This document shows positions 61,603 to 64,000 of a DNA stretch of 64,000 nt, in pieces. Numbering within the stretch: position 1 is the stretch's first letter; the number at the start of each line of letters is the position of its first letter. Origin of the DNA: Luminiphilus sp. (GTDB lineage: Bacteria > Pseudomonadota > Gammaproteobacteria > Pseudomonadales > Halieaceae); the NCBI GenBank assembly GCA_016779445.1, contig JADHNP010000003.1, positions 24 to 64,023 of the forward strand, in the 5' to 3' direction. The notes below the pieces were generated by a model, which was given only the letters and a program-made list of their open reading frames with translations, did not search any database and had not been told where the DNA came from. The position numbers were made by a program, and so were the translations under genes.

Positions 61603-62079
61603 TCAAGCCAGGGGCAAGCCGCCCTCAAGGTTTAGCAGTCGCTCTTTAATCCACAGTCCACCCGAGAAGCCTGTCAGCGATCGATCACTGCCGATCACGC
61701 GATGGCAGGGCACAATAATGGGTAGCGGATTTCGCCCAATAGCGCCCCCTACCGGTCTGGCAGAGCGAGGGCGGCCAATCGTCAATGCGATATCGCGGTA
61801 GCTCACGGTTTCCCCGTAGGGAATGAGCTTAAGCGCTTGCCATACCGCTTGCTGAAAGGGCGTTCCTTGCCAATCCAGCGGGACCGTGAATCGGGTCAAT
61901 CCCTGCTGAAAGTAGGCTGCGAGTTCGCGTTTGGCGTGATCCAAAATCGGATTTGAATGGTGGCGAGTCGCTGCCTGTGCGCGTTCGGATGGGAAATGGA
62001 TTGCGGTCAGGCCAACCTCGCTGGCGTCTAGTCTCAGTTCGCCCAGCGGCGTGCTCACCAACTCCGACGCGGCGGACAT
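61603..62079 (-). CDS. ogt: Methylated-DNA-protein-cysteine methyltransferase
   Basis: GTPFQ..VW..L..IPYG, RNPLPIIVPCHRV. Confidence 0.95.
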   Translation of the reverse strand: MSAASELVSTPLGELRLDASEVGLTAIHFPSERAQAATRHHSNPILDHAKRELAAYFQQGLTRFTVPLDWQGTPFQQAVWQALKLIPYGETVSYRDIALTIGRPRSARPVGGAIGRNPLPIIVPCHRVIGSDRSLTGFSGGLWIKERLLNLEGGLPLA

Positions 62080-62438
62080 CAGGTTGGCTCCTCGCCGGCG
62101 TGGCTTTGGGTGGGCGCGAGGAGGAGCCCCATACACAGGATCAGCGTCAGGAGTTCCAGCCACAGACTGATTCTGAAAATACTATTTACTGCCAGTAGGT
62201 TGGGGAGCGTGCTCGCGCAGAGCAACGCAGTAAGAATGACGCTCAGTCGCTTTGTCCCCATCAAGCCCAAAGCCAGTAAAACGAAGATGACCCCTCGCCC
62301 CGCCTCGGCGAGGAGAGCCTCGGTGAGTGGTGCTTGCCACAGTTCGGCAATCAGTAAGACCCCTATGGACAAAGCCAGCAGCATCGCCAGTAGGCGCCCC
62401 TTTTCTCTGAGTAGTGGGGATCTGTTTAATGCGAGCAT
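62079..62438 (-). CDS. Small 4-TM hypothetical membrane protein
   Basis: Leu-rich hydrophobic segments; TGATG coupling to ogt. Confidence 0.65.
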   Translation of the reverse strand: MLALNRSPLLREKGRLLAMLLALSIGVLLIAELWQAPLTEALLAEAGRGVIFVLLALGLMGTKRLSVILTALLCASTLPNLLAVNSIFRISLWLELLTLILCMGLLLAPTQSHAGEEPT

Positions 62439-62623
62439 GTCCGCGAGGCTGCAATGACGGTGTGTTGCTATCATGACAGGCAGTGACCCGACTGAATAGG
62501 AATTGTGTGAGCCGCTAGATGCTCTTCGTGAATATGAAGGATCAGCCGCCGACAGGCGGATAGTGGCGAGCGTCTACCAACTTAGGCGCGCCTTATGGCG
62601 GGCAGACGTTTAAGATACGGCCC

Positions 62624-63430
62624 ATGCAGACACTTCTTTTGGATTACGACCGCATTTTGGCAGGGCTGTCCGCGCCGGTGGCGCAGGTTATTGCGCTCTC
62701 GGTGTATGAAACCGTCGGATCGACCAATGATGTGGTGCGTGACCACGCAAATTCGGACGTGCTGGCGGGTGTGGTGGTGTTAGCAGAGGAGCAGACCCAT
62801 GGTCGTGGCCGGCGCGGCAGGGCGTGGCACAGCCCAGCGGGTGGCAACCTTTATCTGTCGATGGGATGGGAATTTGATCTGGCTTTAGAGCGCTTATCGG
62901 GTCTCAGTTTGGCCGTTGGCGCTATGCTTGCTGAAGCCTTTGCCAGGGAGTTCAACATTGACCTGCAGCTTAAATGGCCCAACGACTTTTATTACGATGG
63001 CCGGAAGCTCGGCGGGATTCTGGTCGAGATTCTACCCGAGCGACACGGACGGCAAAGACTGGTTTTGGGTATCGGTTTGAACGTGGCGATGCCCTCATCA
63101 GAACCGCCACCGATCGATCGGCCATGGACCGATATGACCACAGTGATCGGCGCACCCATAGACCGCAATGAACTTGCTGCAGTGATCATTAATAATGTGA
63201 CGCGGGGATTTATGGAGTTTGAAACGCGGGGATTGCCGCACTGGCTTGAGCGTTGGCGATCACGCGATTTCCTTCTCGGCAGATCCGTTACGGTAAATAA
63301 TCCCTCGCCATTAACCGGTACCGCCGCGGGTGTGAACGAGGAGGGTGCGCTTTTGATAGAAGCCCCCGCTGGGCAATGCGCCGTGGCCGGAGGAGAGGTG
63401 AGCGTGCTGGCGTTTGGAGAGCTATCTTGA
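62624..63430 (+). CDS. birA: Biotin-protein ligase lacking the N-terminal HTH
   Basis: GSTN, QTHGRGRRGRAW, KWPND, KLGGIL, GIGLN. Confidence 0.95.
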   Translation: MQTLLLDYDRILAGLSAPVAQVIALSVYETVGSTNDVVRDHANSDVLAGVVVLAEEQTHGRGRRGRAWHSPAGGNLYLSMGWEFDLALERLSGLSLAVGAMLAEAFAREFNIDLQLKWPNDFYYDGRKLGGILVEILPERHGRQRLVLGIGLNVAMPSSEPPPIDRPWTDMTTVIGAPIDRNELAAVIINNVTRGFMEFETRGLPHWLERWRSRDFLLGRSVTVNNPSPLTGTAAGVNEEGALLIEAPAGQCAVAGGEVSVLAFGELS

Positions 63431-64000
63431 AGGACGCCTCAAGATGGCTTTTGCTCGATGTGGGTAATAGCGCGGTTAAGTGGCGCCTGGCTGCTCCGAC
63501 TCAGTTATCAAGCCAAGGCGGCAGAGCCGAGAATCTTGAGATGCTCCGGTCAATGCTCGATGGTCTCGATTGGCAGCATGTGGCGATTGCCAGTGTGGCA
63601 GGTGATCAATTGGATGCTGACTTGGCCGAGATAGTGACAGAGGGAAAGCCTGTCAAAGTGCGATACGCCACCTCAGAGTCCGAATTACTCGGATTACGCA
63701 ATGGCTATCAAACACCCCAAACACTGGGTGTAGATCGTTGGCTGGCGATGCTGGCGGGATGGCATCACCTCGGGGGCCCCCTATGCATCATTGATGCGGG
63801 CACTGCGATCACGCTGGACCTCATTGCGGCTGATGGCACGCATGAGGGTGGCTTTATTTTGCCCGGTGCCGAATTGATGCATCGCTCGTTGGGTGTCGGC
63901 ACCGGCAAGATTCGTGTGGATCGGCTGACTGCTCCCGCGGTGCTTCCGGGCCGAGACACCGCAGCGTGCGTGAATGCAGGAGTCTGGCTGGCGATAACGG
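63427..64000 (+). CDS. coaX: Type III pantothenate kinase, 5' part; runs off the right edge
   Basis: Translated by hand from TTG 63427: LLDVGNSAVKW, LGVDRWLA, IIDAGTAITLD, HEGGFILPG. Confidence 0.93.
   Translation, partial: MKDASRWLLLDVGNSAVKWRLAAPTQLSSQGGRAENLEMLRSMLDGLDWQHVAIASVAGDQLDADLAEIVTEGKPVKVRYATSESELLGLRNGYQTPQTLGVDRWLAMLAGWHHLGGPLCIIDAGTAITLDLIAADGTHEGGFILPGAELMHRSLGVGTGKIRVDRLTAPAVLPGRDTAACVNAGVWLAIT

Overview
A 64 kb piece of core chromosome from a marine gammaproteobacterium. Gene order and a domesticated lambda O/P-like pair suggest Cellvibrionales, probably Halieaceae/OM60-NOR5 (inference). Most of it is housekeeping: ggt, pdxH, cinA, an RNase II-like gene, PIN-PhoH, psd, rsgA, orn, queG, the tsaE-amiB-mutL-miaA-hfq-hflXKC-hisZ-purA superoperon, tRNA-Leu(CAG), rnr-rlmB, rpsF-rpsR-rplI-dnaB, radA, ettA, a rimK cluster, glyA-nrdR-rib-nusB-thiL-pgpA, dxs/xseB/ispA, hslR, yrfG, cysQ, ogt, birA and coaX. 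Five things stand out. (1) A ~7 kb accessory islet between purA and tRNA-Leu holds many small orphan genes, a DUF1643 gene and an orphan Rap1a-type immunity gene. (2) Inside it, two NrdR-box-like sites 32 bp apart precede a 73-aa orphan gene, and sigma-28-like promoters precede two other orphans. (3) A RibB/RibA-like fusion in the riboflavin operon has lost key catalytic residues in both domains. (4) A dopC/dopE-like pair lies between dnaB and radA. (5) A TetR C-terminal-only ORF sits in frame just behind the ggt stop codon. I saw no CRISPR array, rRNA, transposase or integrase. All calls come from reading motifs by eye, without database searches.
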